NCBI GenBank assembly: GCA_041611735.1
Contig: JBFIML010000030.1
Span: 1 to 53,802 of the forward strand
Origin: Myxococcota bacterium
GTDB lineage: Bacteria > Myxococcota_A > UBA9160 > PR03
Direction of reading: 5' to 3'
Length of the DNA: 53,802 nucleotides
Shown here: piece after piece, positions 39,340 through 48,718 of the stretch
How the letters are laid out: each line of letters begins with the position of its first letter
Position numbering within the stretch: position 1 is the first letter of the stretch
The notes under the pieces: generated by a model
What the model was told of the DNA's origin: nothing
What the model saw: the letters and a program-made list of their open reading frames with translations, nothing else
The model's database searches: none
Position numbers and translations under genes: made by a program

Positions 39340-40686
39340 ATGCGTGCCCTGTCGACCGGCGTTCTGCTCGCCCTCCTGGGGCTCGTTGCGCCGCCGGCGG
39401 CCGCCGTCCAGCCGGAGGTCGCGGGGTCGTCCGCCACGCCGGACGACCTCGCGACCTTCGGCGCCGCGCCGGCACGCGCCGCCGGGGAGCCGCCGGTCCG
39501 CATCGTGATCGAGAAGCCCTCGTTCGGCGCCCGGGTGGAGAACCGCGTCCACCAGGCGTCGATCCAGGGCAGCGCCGTCGCCGAGGGCGAGCGGCCTGCC
39601 GAGTTCGACGTGATGCTTGCGATCGACGTCTCCGAGTCCACCCGCACCGCCAGCGGCGTGGACGTGGACGGCGACGGGGTGGTGGGCGTGAACCCGCGCC
39701 TCGAGCTGCTTCCGCCCGGCGCCTACCCCGACGATGTCTACTCCACCGACCCGGAGGACACCATCCTGCACGCGGAGGTGGCCGCCGCCCGGGCCCTGCT
39801 CGGCAGCCTGGACCGGCGCCGCGTGCGGCTCGGGCTGCTGACCTTCGCCGGGGAGGTGGACCGGCGCACCGGTGAGCGTCGCCGCCTGGACCAGCAGGAC
39901 GCCTGGCTCGAGGTCCCGCTCACGGACGACTTCGACAAGGTGCGCCGCGCCCTGGAAGCGGTGCTGGCGCGCGGACCGCGGGGGGCCACCAATTTCGCCG
40001 CCGGCGTGCGGCTCGCCATCGTGGAGCTGGCGGGTCTGCCCGGTCACGTCGGCACGCCGCACCCGGCCGCCAAGAAGGTGATCCTCTTCCTCACCGATGG
40101 CGTGCCCACCTTCCCGATCGGCAAGGGTGCCGTCTCCGACGAGGGAGACGTGGAGGCGGCCATCGACGCCGCGAAGCTGGCCCAGCAGGCGGGCATCACG
40201 GTGAACACCTACGCCATCGGCCCCGGTGCGCTTACCTATCCGCTTGCCACCACGGAGATGGCTCGGGTCACGCTCGGCACCTATACGCCGGTCCAGAACC
40301 CGGGCGACATCATCGCGCTCCTGCAGGGCGTCTCGTTCGCCAACATCGAGGACGTGGTCTTCACCAACCTGACCACCGGCGACTTCTCGACCGACGTGCG
40401 CCTGAATCCCGACGGGAGCTTCTTCGGCTTCGTCCCGGTGCGGGACGGCCACAACCGGGTGCGGATCACGGCGCTGGCTTCCGACGGGACGCGGGGCAGC
40501 GTCGTCCTCGATCTGGACTTCCACAAGAGCGGGCTCACGGACCGGGAGCTCGCTCTCGAACTCGAGCGCATCCGGCGCATGAACAAGGAGCTGCTGCTGC
40601 TCAAGGAGCGGCAACGCATCGACGAGTTCCGGCGGCGGGAGCAGAAGGAGCTCGAGCTGGAGGTGGGACCGCCCGCCGCCCCCTGA
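39340..40686 (+). CDS. Secreted von Willebrand factor A domain protein
   Basis: Signal peptide, MIDAS DVSES, TNFAAG, ILFLTDGVPT, embedded DVDGDG loop. Confidence 0.85.
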   Translation: MRALSTGVLLALLGLVAPPAAAVQPEVAGSSATPDDLATFGAAPARAAGEPPVRIVIEKPSFGARVENRVHQASIQGSAVAEGERPAEFDVMLAIDVSESTRTASGVDVDGDGVVGVNPRLELLPPGAYPDDVYSTDPEDTILHAEVAAARALLGSLDRRRVRLGLLTFAGEVDRRTGERRRLDQQDAWLEVPLTDDFDKVRRALEAVLARGPRGATNFAAGVRLAIVELAGLPGHVGTPHPAAKKVILFLTDGVPTFPIGKGAVSDEGDVEAAIDAAKLAQQAGITVNTYAIGPGALTYPLATTEMARVTLGTYTPVQNPGDIIALLQGVSFANIEDVVFTNLTTGDFSTDVRLNPDGSFFGFVPVRDGHNRVRITALASDGTRGSVVLDLDFHKSGLTDRELALELERIRRMNKELLLLKERQRIDEFRRREQKELELEVGPPAAP

Positions 40687-40706
40687 GCGGGGCGGGCGAA
40701 GCCGGC

Positions 40707-42017
40707 CTAGAGCGGCAGCAGGGCGGGATCCGAGATCTGCCGGCGCACCAGCTTGCCGTCCTCGTAGAGCGAGGTCACGTCCACCTTCCCGTCCCCGTTC
40801 ATGTCCTCCTCGCGCTTGGCCAGGACCGTCTTGCCGTCCTTCTGCTCGAAGGTCTCGAAGACGTCGGCCTGGCCGTCCCCCTTCGAGTCCTTCTCGATGC
40901 GGGCCACCGCGTCCTTGCCGCCCGTCTCGCGGTAGTGGGTCCAGGTGTCGGTGCGGCCGTCCCCGTCGCGGTCCTCCTCGGCTCTCACCAGGCGGCGCTG
41001 CTCGTAGAAGAGCACCCGCTCCACGTTCCCGTCGCCGTTGGGGTCGTGGCGCTCCTCCACGAGCGAATCTCCCTCGTAGCGGTAGAAGGCATCGCGCTTC
41101 CCGTCGCCGTCGCGGTCGATCTCGCGGCCGATCATGCGCCCACCGGCGTACCGCTCCCACACGTCCGGCTCTCCGTTGCCGTCCTCGTCGAGCTGGCGTT
41201 CCACCAGCTCGCCCCACTCGTAGCGGCTCCAGGCGTCGCCGCGGCCGTCGTAGTCGCGGTCCTGCTCCTGGCGGATCAGGTAGCCCGACTCCTCGTCGAA
41301 CCAGCGCACCTCCTCGGGCTTGCCGTCCCGGTCCGCGTCGAGGCTCTTCTTCACGGCGCGTACGCGTTTGGCGTTGCCCCAGGTCCCCTTGGCCACGCTG
41401 ACCCGCTCCTCCTCGAAGATCGCCGGCGGCAGGTCGCGCGGCTTCGGCGCGCGCGGCGCGGCCCGCGGGTCCGCGCGCTCCGCCAGCTCCTCCTCGCTCG
41501 CAGTCGCATCCCCGCCCTTCGGGCCGGCGGCCCGGGCGGCTTCCTCCCGGTCGAGATCCCGGAGGAGGTCCTCCTGGCGCTTGAGCTCCTCCTGGATCGC
41601 CTCCTCCAGGGACGCGTGCCGCTCGAGCTCCTCCTCGAGGGCCCGCTCCCGGGCCGCCTCCGAGCCGGCCCCGCTGCCTCCTCCACCGGATGCGCCCTGG
41701 AAGGGCACCTCGCCGGTGATGGCGCTGTAGACGAGCAGGGTGGTGGCGCCCACGGCGGCCCCGATGGGGCCCGCCTGGCCACCGATGATGGCGCCGATCA
41801 GCATGCCCTCGACGGCGCTGCGCGCCCGGTCGCCGCCCGAAGGGCCCGGATCGGTCTGGGGGTCGGCCGGCGGATCCGTCTGGGAGCCGGCGCTGGGGCC
41901 GGGGTCCGGGTCGGGCGCCGGGCCGGAGCCCGTGCCCGAGGTGGCGCAGGCCAGACCCATCCCGAGCAGCAGCGGGAGCAGGAGACGCACGCGCGAAACC
42001 GCAAAGGGGCGGGACAT
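40707..42017 (-). CDS. Lipoprotein with Gly-zipper, coiled coil and 8 DxDxDG beta-repeats
   Basis: Lipobox GLAC, Pro/Asp linker, GMLIGAIIGG..GPIGAAVG, repeats DADRDG/DRDYDG/DEDGNG/DRDGDG/DPNGDG/DRDGDG/DSKGDG/DMNGDG. Confidence 0.8.
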   Translation of the reverse strand: MSRPFAVSRVRLLLPLLLGMGLACATSGTGSGPAPDPDPGPSAGSQTDPPADPQTDPGPSGGDRARSAVEGMLIGAIIGGQAGPIGAAVGATTLLVYSAITGEVPFQGASGGGGSGAGSEAARERALEEELERHASLEEAIQEELKRQEDLLRDLDREEAARAAGPKGGDATASEEELAERADPRAAPRAPKPRDLPPAIFEEERVSVAKGTWGNAKRVRAVKKSLDADRDGKPEEVRWFDEESGYLIRQEQDRDYDGRGDAWSRYEWGELVERQLDEDGNGEPDVWERYAGGRMIGREIDRDGDGKRDAFYRYEGDSLVEERHDPNGDGNVERVLFYEQRRLVRAEEDRDGDGRTDTWTHYRETGGKDAVARIEKDSKGDGQADVFETFEQKDGKTVLAKREEDMNGDGKVDVTSLYEDGKLVRRQISDPALLPL

Positions 42018-42250
42018 GGGGGTTCCCCCGTCCGCGAAGACCGACTCCGTTCTACCACACTCGGCTCGTCCGCCCCACGGCGGGACCCGGCGCCGAGACG
42101 TCCTCGACGCAGCGCGGCAGTCTGTCCCAAACGGAGGTCCTTGCTCCCCCGGGGTCGGGCTCAGACCCCGCCTCCACCAGAGAAGCCGATTTAGAAGCCG
42201 ATTCCGCCGTGCCGTCCGCTTCCCGCAGGGATCGATCCGACATTACACCG

Positions 42251-42279
42251 TCGACTCGCCCTTGCCGGCGCGGTACAAT
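42251..42279 (+). promoter_or_regulatory. Putative sigma-70 promoter of the patatin gene
   Basis: TCGACT-N17-TACAAT. Confidence 0.45.
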
Positions 42280-42402
42280 AACGCGCTGCAGCGTGAAGTT
42301 GGTCACGTACCTCCCCGGGGGCTGGTCCGGACCCGCCGATCTGCCGATGGACCTACTGGTATGGAGGGTGCGGAGCGGCGGCCCGGGAGATGGAGGGACG
42401 GC

Positions 42403-43767
42403 TTGGGCCTGACCTTGATTCGAAAGAGCCGCGGTCGGCCGCGCAAGCGCAAGCCGCGCGTCGCCCTGGTCCTGGCGGGAGGCGCCGTCACCGGCGGTGC
42501 CTTCAAGGTCGGTGGCCTGAAGGCCCTCGACGACTTCCTGGTCGGCCGCAAGATCACCGATCTCGATGTCTACGTGGGGCTCTCCGCGGGCTCCATCCTG
42601 GCGGTCTCGCTCGCGTCGGGGATCAATCCCAGCGAGATGATCAAGGTCCTGGAGGGGACCAGCAAGAAGCTGGATCAGCTGCGGCCCCTCGAGTTCTACA
42701 ACCCGAACTGGCGCGAGTTCTTCGGCCGGCCGGCCAAGCTCACCTACGACCTCGTCACCTACCTGCCCGGCGTGGCGCTCGACTTCCTGAGCGCGCTGCC
42801 ACACCTTCGAGAGGCCGTGGGGGCGGCGCTCGCCGCCTTCCTGCGCGAGCCCAGCTATCACAACTTCGAGCGGCTGGCGCTTCAGCTCCGCGACCACGTC
42901 TCGCCCACCCGCGAGATCCCGGCCCTCACCAACCACATCCCCTCGGGCCTGTTCGAGAACGGGAGCCTCGAACGCTGGCTGTCCCGGGGCCTCGACCAGA
43001 TGCACCTGCCCAACGACTTCCGGGCATTCCAGCGACGGCGCAAGCGCGACCTCTACATCACCGCCTGCGACCTGGACACGGCGGAGCGCGTGTTGTTCGG
43101 ACCGGACGAGAACTGCGAGCTGACCATCTCCCAGGCCGTCCAGGCCTCCACGGCGCTGCCGCTCTTCTATCGCCCGGCGCGCATCAACGGGGTGGACTAC
43201 GTGGACGGCGGCGTGCGCCGCACCGCGAATCTGGACGTGGCCATCGAGAAGGGGGCGGATCTCGTGATCTGCTACAACCCCTTCCGGCCGTTCCTGAATC
43301 GGGTCGACCTGGAGAGCGGCGATTCGCACTACTTCGCCAACGGTCGCTACCTGGCGGACCGTGGCATGAAGCTGGTGCTGAACCAGGTGTTCCGCACCTT
43401 GCTCCATTCGCGGCTGAAGCTCGGCCTCCAGACCTATCTGGCGGACGATCGCTTCCAGGGCGACATCGTGCTGATCGAGCCTCGCGAGCTCGATGCGGAT
43501 TTCTTCGGGCTCAATCCGCTGGCCTTCTGGAAGCGGCAGGCGGCGGTGCAGCACGGCTTCGAGTCGGTGCGCGGCACGATCGAGCAGAACTTCGACGCAC
43601 TCAACGAGGTCTTCTCGTCCTACGGCCTCGAGATGAGCCGCACGGCGGCCCGGCGCCGGGCCGAGAAGGTGCGGGCGGAGCAGGGCTGGCGCAGCACCGA
43701 CGACGAGCCCGGCGCCGCGACGCCCCGCTCGCCGCGGCTGCGGCTGGTGGGCTCGGAGCGAGCCTGA
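42403..43767 (+). CDS. Patatin-like phospholipase
   Basis: ALVLAGGAVTG, GLSAG (nucleophile Ser), YVDGG. TTG start after GGAGGG. Confidence 0.88.
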   Translation: MGLTLIRKSRGRPRKRKPRVALVLAGGAVTGGAFKVGGLKALDDFLVGRKITDLDVYVGLSAGSILAVSLASGINPSEMIKVLEGTSKKLDQLRPLEFYNPNWREFFGRPAKLTYDLVTYLPGVALDFLSALPHLREAVGAALAAFLREPSYHNFERLALQLRDHVSPTREIPALTNHIPSGLFENGSLERWLSRGLDQMHLPNDFRAFQRRRKRDLYITACDLDTAERVLFGPDENCELTISQAVQASTALPLFYRPARINGVDYVDGGVRRTANLDVAIEKGADLVICYNPFRPFLNRVDLESGDSHYFANGRYLADRGMKLVLNQVFRTLLHSRLKLGLQTYLADDRFQGDIVLIEPRELDADFFGLNPLAFWKRQAAVQHGFESVRGTIEQNFDALNEVFSSYGLEMSRTAARRRAEKVRAEQGWRSTDDEPGAATPRSPRLRLVGSERA

Positions 43768-43878
43768 GAGGGCTTGCCCCGCGGGGCAGCATCTGGTAAA
43801 CTACCCGCGCTTCATGTGCAACCCCCTGAGCCAACCTGGCCCGCGCGCTGCCCTGTCCGTGGGCCCCGGCCCGGCACC

Positions 43879-44655
43879 ATGTGCACCCTGATCGCGCTGC
43901 ACCGGTGCGTGCCGGACGCCCATCTCGTGATTGCGGCGAACCGGGACGAGTACCTGGACCGCCCCGCCGAGCCGCCCGCCCTGCGCAGCTCGGCCTGCGG
44001 CCCCCTGGTGGCCCCGCGAGACGTGCGGGCCGGGGGCAGCTGGCTGGCCGTCAACCGCAGCGGCCTGTTCGCGGCGCTCACGAACCGGGCCACGCAGACA
44101 CCGGACCCCCGGCGTCGCTCCCGCGGGCTGCTGGTGCTCGACGCCCTTGGCTTCCCGAGCGCTCGCGCCGCCGCCGCGGCGCTGCTTCGCCTGCCGGCCC
44201 GGGCCTACAACCCGTTCAACCTGCTGGTGGCGGACGCGCAGGACGCCTACGCGGTGGTCTACGACGCGGGACCGCGTCGGCTGCGGCTCGCCCCCGGCGT
44301 CCACGTGCTCGGCAACGCCGATCCGAACGCGCGCGCGGTCCCGAAGCTGGACCGGATGCTCGGGCGGGCCGAGGCGGCGGCCCAGGCGGCCCCGGACCGG
44401 GTGCTGGACGAGCTCGCCACGATCTGCCGCGATCACGCCGGCGACGGCCCCCTGGGCGCCGCCTGCGTGCATGCGGGCCGCTACGGCACGCGCAGCTCCA
44501 CGCTCCTGCGGCTCGGCGCCGCCGGGCCGGTGCTGCTCCACGCGGAGGGGCCGCCGTGCTCCACCGCCTACCAGGATTTCACCCCCCTCCTGCTCGAGCT
44601 CGACCGTTCGCGAGAGTCCGGGCCGGGAGGCCCAGTGGCGAGGAAGGCCAGTTGA
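43879..44655 (+). CDS. NRDE/TANGO2 family protein
   Basis: MCTL, AANRDE, GGSWL.VN, LTN, SRGLLV, YNPFNL, YGTRSST. Confidence 0.9.
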   Translation: MCTLIALHRCVPDAHLVIAANRDEYLDRPAEPPALRSSACGPLVAPRDVRAGGSWLAVNRSGLFAALTNRATQTPDPRRRSRGLLVLDALGFPSARAAAAALLRLPARAYNPFNLLVADAQDAYAVVYDAGPRRLRLAPGVHVLGNADPNARAVPKLDRMLGRAEAAAQAAPDRVLDELATICRDHAGDGPLGAACVHAGRYGTRSSTLLRLGAAGPVLLHAEGPPCSTAYQDFTPLLLELDRSRESGPGGPVARKAS

Positions 44656-44978
44656 GAAGGATCGGGAGCAACATCCGCAAGCAGAACTCCGATGCGAAGA
44701 GCCATCGGCTGATGAAGAACATCATCCGCTACACGGACGAGGAGGGGCCGCTCAACGAGTACCCGCGTCGTATCGTGTCGCCGCCCAGTCCGGGGCGCTG
44801 CTGCATCGACGAGAACCGGGAGACCGTCGGATCCATGCGTGAGATCGACGGCTTCAAGTTCTGTTACAAGATCTGCAAGGTGTGCGGTCACGCGGTGAAG
44901 TTCTTCTTCCCGGCGTCCGGCGCCACGAACTCCGCGGTGAAGGACTACCGCAGCTGGAAGCGCTACCTGGTCCAGTAG
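44652..44978 (+). CDS. Small Cys-rich hypothetical protein
   Basis: TTGA overlap with the NRDE gene; LNEYPRRIVSP...CC...YKICKVCGH; strong GC3 codon bias; terminator follows. Confidence 0.75.
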   Translation: MRRIGSNIRKQNSDAKSHRLMKNIIRYTDEEGPLNEYPRRIVSPPSPGRCCIDENRETVGSMREIDGFKFCYKICKVCGHAVKFFFPASGATNSAVKDYRSWKRYLVQ

Positions 44979-45001
44979 ACCGGCGCAAGCACGCGACGAC
45001 C

Positions 45002-45034
45002 CGGGGCGGCCCTTGCGGCCGCCCCGTTTCGTTT
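45002..45034 (+). terminator. Rho-independent terminator
   Basis: Stem CGGGGCGGCC, loop CTTGC, stem GGCCGCCCCG, followed by TTTCGTTT. Confidence 0.75.
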
Positions 45035-45065
45035 GGAGGCGCCGCGCCGGAGCTATGCTCGCGCC

Positions 45066-46460
45066 GTGCCCCCCCGCTCCCGTGCCCGGCCCATTCGCAG
45101 CCTGGCGGAGGCCGCCGCCTGGCTGGAGGGCCTGCTCGACATCGAGCGGCGCCCGGACGTCCCCTACCGCCGGCTGGGCCTCGACGCGGTGCGGCGGCTG
45201 CTGGCCCGCCTGGAAGATCCCCACCGCGAGCTCTCCGTGGTGCACGTGGCCGGCTCCAAGGGCAAGGGATCCACGGTCCTGCTCGCCGAGGCGGTGCTGC
45301 GCGCGGCGGGGGAGCGGGTGGGCAGCTTCACCTCGCCCCACCTGGAGCGCTGGACCGAACGCTTCCGGATCGACGGCGCCGAGGTGGAGGAGGAACGGCT
45401 CGCCGCGGCGGTGGAGCGCCTGCGACCCCACGTGGAGGCCCTGCGCCGCGAGGACCCGGAGCGCGCCCCTACCTTCTTCGACGCAACCACCGCCGCCGCC
45501 CTGCTCCTGTTCCGGGACGCAGGGGTGGACCGCGCCCTCCTGGAGGTGGGCCTCGGCGGGCGGCTCGACTCCACCAACGTGGTGGACCCGGCCGTGACCT
45601 GTATTGCGAGCGTGGAGCTCGAACACACCGATCGGCTCGGGACGACCCTCGCCGCCATCGCGGGCGAGAAGGCGGGGATCGTGAAGCCCGGCCGCCCGCT
45701 GGTGGTGGGAGCCCTCGCGCCGGAGGCGGAGGCGGTGGTCGCGCGACGCGCGACCGAGTGCGGAGCGCCGCTCGCGCGTCTGGGGCACGAGTTCGCGGTG
45801 GAGCTCGTCCACGAGGACCTCTCGGGCCTGCGGCTCCGCTACCAGGACGGCGCCCTGCGCCTGGAGGCCGAGCTGCCCACGCTGGGCGCCCACCAGGCCC
45901 ACAACGCGGCCCTCGCCCTGGCCTGCGTGCGGCGGCTCGGGGCCCACCCGGACGCCACCCTGGTGGCCGCCGCCCGCGACGGCCTCGCCGGGGTGCGCCT
46001 GCCCGGCCGCGTGGAGGTGCTGTCGCGGCGGCCCTGGGTGGTGGTGGACGGCGCCCATACGGCGGTCTCGGCGCGCGGGCTGGCCGCCGTCCTGGCCCGC
46101 ATCCCGCGCCGGCGTGGGCGGCTCGTGCTGTCCGTCTCCGGCGGCAAGGACCTGGCCGGCATGCTCGCCGCACTGCTCCCCCAGGCGGACGAGGTCACCG
46201 TGACCCGCGCGGAGCCGACCCGCTCCCTGGCGGCGGCCCAGGTGGCCGCGGCGGTCCGGGCCGCGGCGCCCGGGGTGCCCGTGCACGCGGTGCCGGACCC
46301 GTTCCGGGCGGTTCGGGCGGCTCGCGAGTCCCTGGCGCCGGACGAGCTGCTCTGCGCGACCGGCTCCGTCTACCTGGCGGGCATCGCACGCCGCGTGCTC
46401 GCCGGACCCGTCGACCCACACGACGTTCCGCTGGCGCGCCGGGCCGGCTCCGCGCCGTAG
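45066..46460 (+). CDS. folC: Folylpolyglutamate synthase/dihydrofolate synthase
   Basis: HVAGSKGKGST, FTSPHL, PTFF, LEVGLGGRLDSTNVV, IAGEKAGI, PGR.E, DGAH, TGSVYLAG. Confidence 0.93.
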   Translation: MPPRSRARPIRSLAEAAAWLEGLLDIERRPDVPYRRLGLDAVRRLLARLEDPHRELSVVHVAGSKGKGSTVLLAEAVLRAAGERVGSFTSPHLERWTERFRIDGAEVEEERLAAAVERLRPHVEALRREDPERAPTFFDATTAAALLLFRDAGVDRALLEVGLGGRLDSTNVVDPAVTCIASVELEHTDRLGTTLAAIAGEKAGIVKPGRPLVVGALAPEAEAVVARRATECGAPLARLGHEFAVELVHEDLSGLRLRYQDGALRLEAELPTLGAHQAHNAALALACVRRLGAHPDATLVAAARDGLAGVRLPGRVEVLSRRPWVVVDGAHTAVSARGLAAVLARIPRRRGRLVLSVSGGKDLAGMLAALLPQADEVTVTRAEPTRSLAAAQVAAAVRAAAPGVPVHAVPDPFRAVRAARESLAPDELLCATGSVYLAGIARRVLAGPVDPHDVPLARRAGSAP

Positions 46461-46472
46461 ACGGACCGGCCC

Positions 46473-48434
46473 CTAGGCGAGGCCCGTGGACTCCCGGAGC
46501 GCCGTCAGCACGCGCCGCGGCGCGAGGCCCTCGTGGGGCGGCGGCGGCGGCGGCGGGCGGTTGCGTTCCAGGGCGCGGGCGGCGCGCTCCAGGCTGCGGA
46601 TGGACGCGGCCAGGCGCTTGCCCGTCCACGCGAAGTTCGAGGGGCGGCTGCGCGCGAGCCACAAGCGCCGCAGCGTCCGCCCGAGGCCGCGCTGCTCGCG
46701 GGCGAGCGCGGCCAGGGTGCGGGCCAGGCGACGCCGGCCGCGGGCCGGCAGGCGATCGGGCCGGTGGCGCCAGTCGAGCCAGTCCAACGCCGCCAGGGTC
46801 TTGCGCAGCGCCAGCGCCGAGGCGTCCGCCGCGTGGCGGAGCTCCGCGTGGGTGAGGGTGTCGTGACGGAAGCGCTGCGCAGCGTGGGCCAGCTGCGTGC
46901 GCACCCGCTCCAGGCGGGCCAGGCTGCGTCGCACCGGCGCGCGGCGAGCCGCGCCCAGGAACAAGGCGCGGTCGAGATCGTCGAAGTACAGGAACTGGAT
47001 CGGGGAGCCGTTGAAGATCGCGAAGCCCGCGTCGCCGACGGCTCCCAGCTCCCGGTACACGCGCGCCGTCTCGCCGCTGGCGTCGCCGAAGAGCGCGCGT
47101 CCGAAGGCCCGATCGAAGTGACGTGCATCGACTTCGCCCGACCAGGCCTGCTGGGCAGCGAACGCGTAGCCGAACCAGGAGACGCCCTGCAGGTTGTAGT
47201 GGCCGAAGTCGCCCCAATCGGTCATCAGCAGCCCGGCGGCGCCGTGCCGGCGGCCCGCCCGGGCCCAGCCCTCCACGTTGCGCAGCGAGTTCTCGATGCG
47301 CGGGAACAGCGCGTTCCAGCTCGAGGTCCCCGGACACACCCAGAACTCGAAGCCGAGCTCCGCGAAGGCGGCGACCCGGTCGAAGTCGTGCTTTGCCTCG
47401 TAGCCCCAGTCGAGCAGGACGAGTTCCCGGTCCAGCTCGGGGATCCGCTCCGGATGGTCGTGCACGAAGTCGGCCCAGACCAGGCAGCGCCGCCCGTGAG
47501 CCGCGGCGAGCTCGCGCACCCGGTGCAGATGCTCCACGAACAGTCCCCCGCGCCCCACCTCGGCCGCCCGCTGCGCAGAGCGTCCCTTGCCCAGATCGAA
47601 GGGCTCGTCGCAGTTGACGTTGAACAGGCGCGAGCGGAAGTTCGGCAGGTACTCGTCGTACCAGTCGCGGAGCAGCGCGTAGCTGCCCGGGTGGGTGGGC
47701 GCCAGGCTCCAGCGCAGCTCGCTCTCCGCCAGCTCCGCGTAGCGGGGCAGGCGCAGCACGTGCTCCAGGTGTCCCAGCGACTGGAGGCTCGGCACGAGCT
47801 GTACGTGACGAGCGGCGGCGTAGGCGTCGAGCGCACGCAGGGTCTCCGCGTCGAGCGGGGAGCAGCCGGCCCCGATCTCCGGGTGGCGCCGGAAGCGGAA
47901 GGTGTGCTCCACATAGAGCATCAGCACGTTCAGCTTGAGGCGCACGCAGTGGTCCACGAGCTCGCGCAGCGTGTCCAGGGTGGGAACCTTCCCGCGGGAG
48001 ACGTCGAGCATGACGCCGCGGTACGCGAAGTCGGGCGCATCCTCGATGCGGCAGGCGGGCAGTCGTCCGCGCGGGTCGGCGAGCTGGCCCAGGGTCTCCA
48101 CCGCGTAGCGCAGGCCCGCCGGTCCCGAAGCCACCGCCTCCGCGACCCCGCTTGCGGTGATCTTCAGGTGATAGGCCTGGCCGTCGTCCCCCTCGCGCCG
48201 CAGGACGATCCGCGCCCCGAGATCCTCGTCGTGCGCGTGGGTCTCCACGGCGAGCCGAACCCCACAGGCGTCTGCCAGCCGGTCGCGCAGGACGCAGGCG
48301 CTGGCGAAGTCCCCATCGTCGGCCTGGGGACCGAGCACGATCGGCAGACCGTCGCGCAGCTGCACGGCTCCGGGCCGCCGCTCGGCGCGACGCGGCTTGG
48401 GGAGCAGGGGGGGAAGGGCGCGCTGGCCGGACAT
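46473..48434 (-). CDS. GH20 beta-N-acetylhexosaminidase-like protein
   Basis: IEDAPDFAYRGVMLDVSRGKVP, LMLYVEHTF, QSLGH, NVNCDE (catalytic DE), TDWGDFGH. Confidence 0.88.
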   Translation of the reverse strand: MSGQRALPPLLPKPRRAERRPGAVQLRDGLPIVLGPQADDGDFASACVLRDRLADACGVRLAVETHAHDEDLGARIVLRREGDDGQAYHLKITASGVAEAVASGPAGLRYAVETLGQLADPRGRLPACRIEDAPDFAYRGVMLDVSRGKVPTLDTLRELVDHCVRLKLNVLMLYVEHTFRFRRHPEIGAGCSPLDAETLRALDAYAAARHVQLVPSLQSLGHLEHVLRLPRYAELAESELRWSLAPTHPGSYALLRDWYDEYLPNFRSRLFNVNCDEPFDLGKGRSAQRAAEVGRGGLFVEHLHRVRELAAAHGRRCLVWADFVHDHPERIPELDRELVLLDWGYEAKHDFDRVAAFAELGFEFWVCPGTSSWNALFPRIENSLRNVEGWARAGRRHGAAGLLMTDWGDFGHYNLQGVSWFGYAFAAQQAWSGEVDARHFDRAFGRALFGDASGETARVYRELGAVGDAGFAIFNGSPIQFLYFDDLDRALFLGAARRAPVRRSLARLERVRTQLAHAAQRFRHDTLTHAELRHAADASALALRKTLAALDWLDWRHRPDRLPARGRRRLARTLAALAREQRGLGRTLRRLWLARSRPSNFAWTGKRLAASIRSLERAARALERNRPPPPPPPHEGLAPRRVLTALRESTGLA

Positions 48435-48718
48435 GCGGGCGCGAGTCTACCCGGGGCCCGGCGGGCCCGCCGGGCGCTGGGCGCCGCGCGGAATAGGCGC
48501 CCGGACCGGCTCCTCGTACTCTCGTACGAGGGGAGGGGTAGCCGGCCCGGGCGCGTTGGATCGCGAGGTTTGCCCCTGGAGAAAGCAAGCTCCGTGCCCG
48601 CTCCACGGCGACCCCGCTCCCGTCTCCCGCCGGCAAGGGGAAGGCAGCCTGCCGGCACGCCGTCCGCAGCGGGGCGGCAGCTCCGCTCCTCCGCCCGACG
48701 TGGGTGACCCAAAATGCG

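Noticed and set aside
40750-41350. Roughly 70-bp periodic CCGTC repeats as a possible CRISPR array
   Set aside because: They are degenerate coding repeats (DxDGDG). There are no identical direct repeats with spacers and no cas genes.
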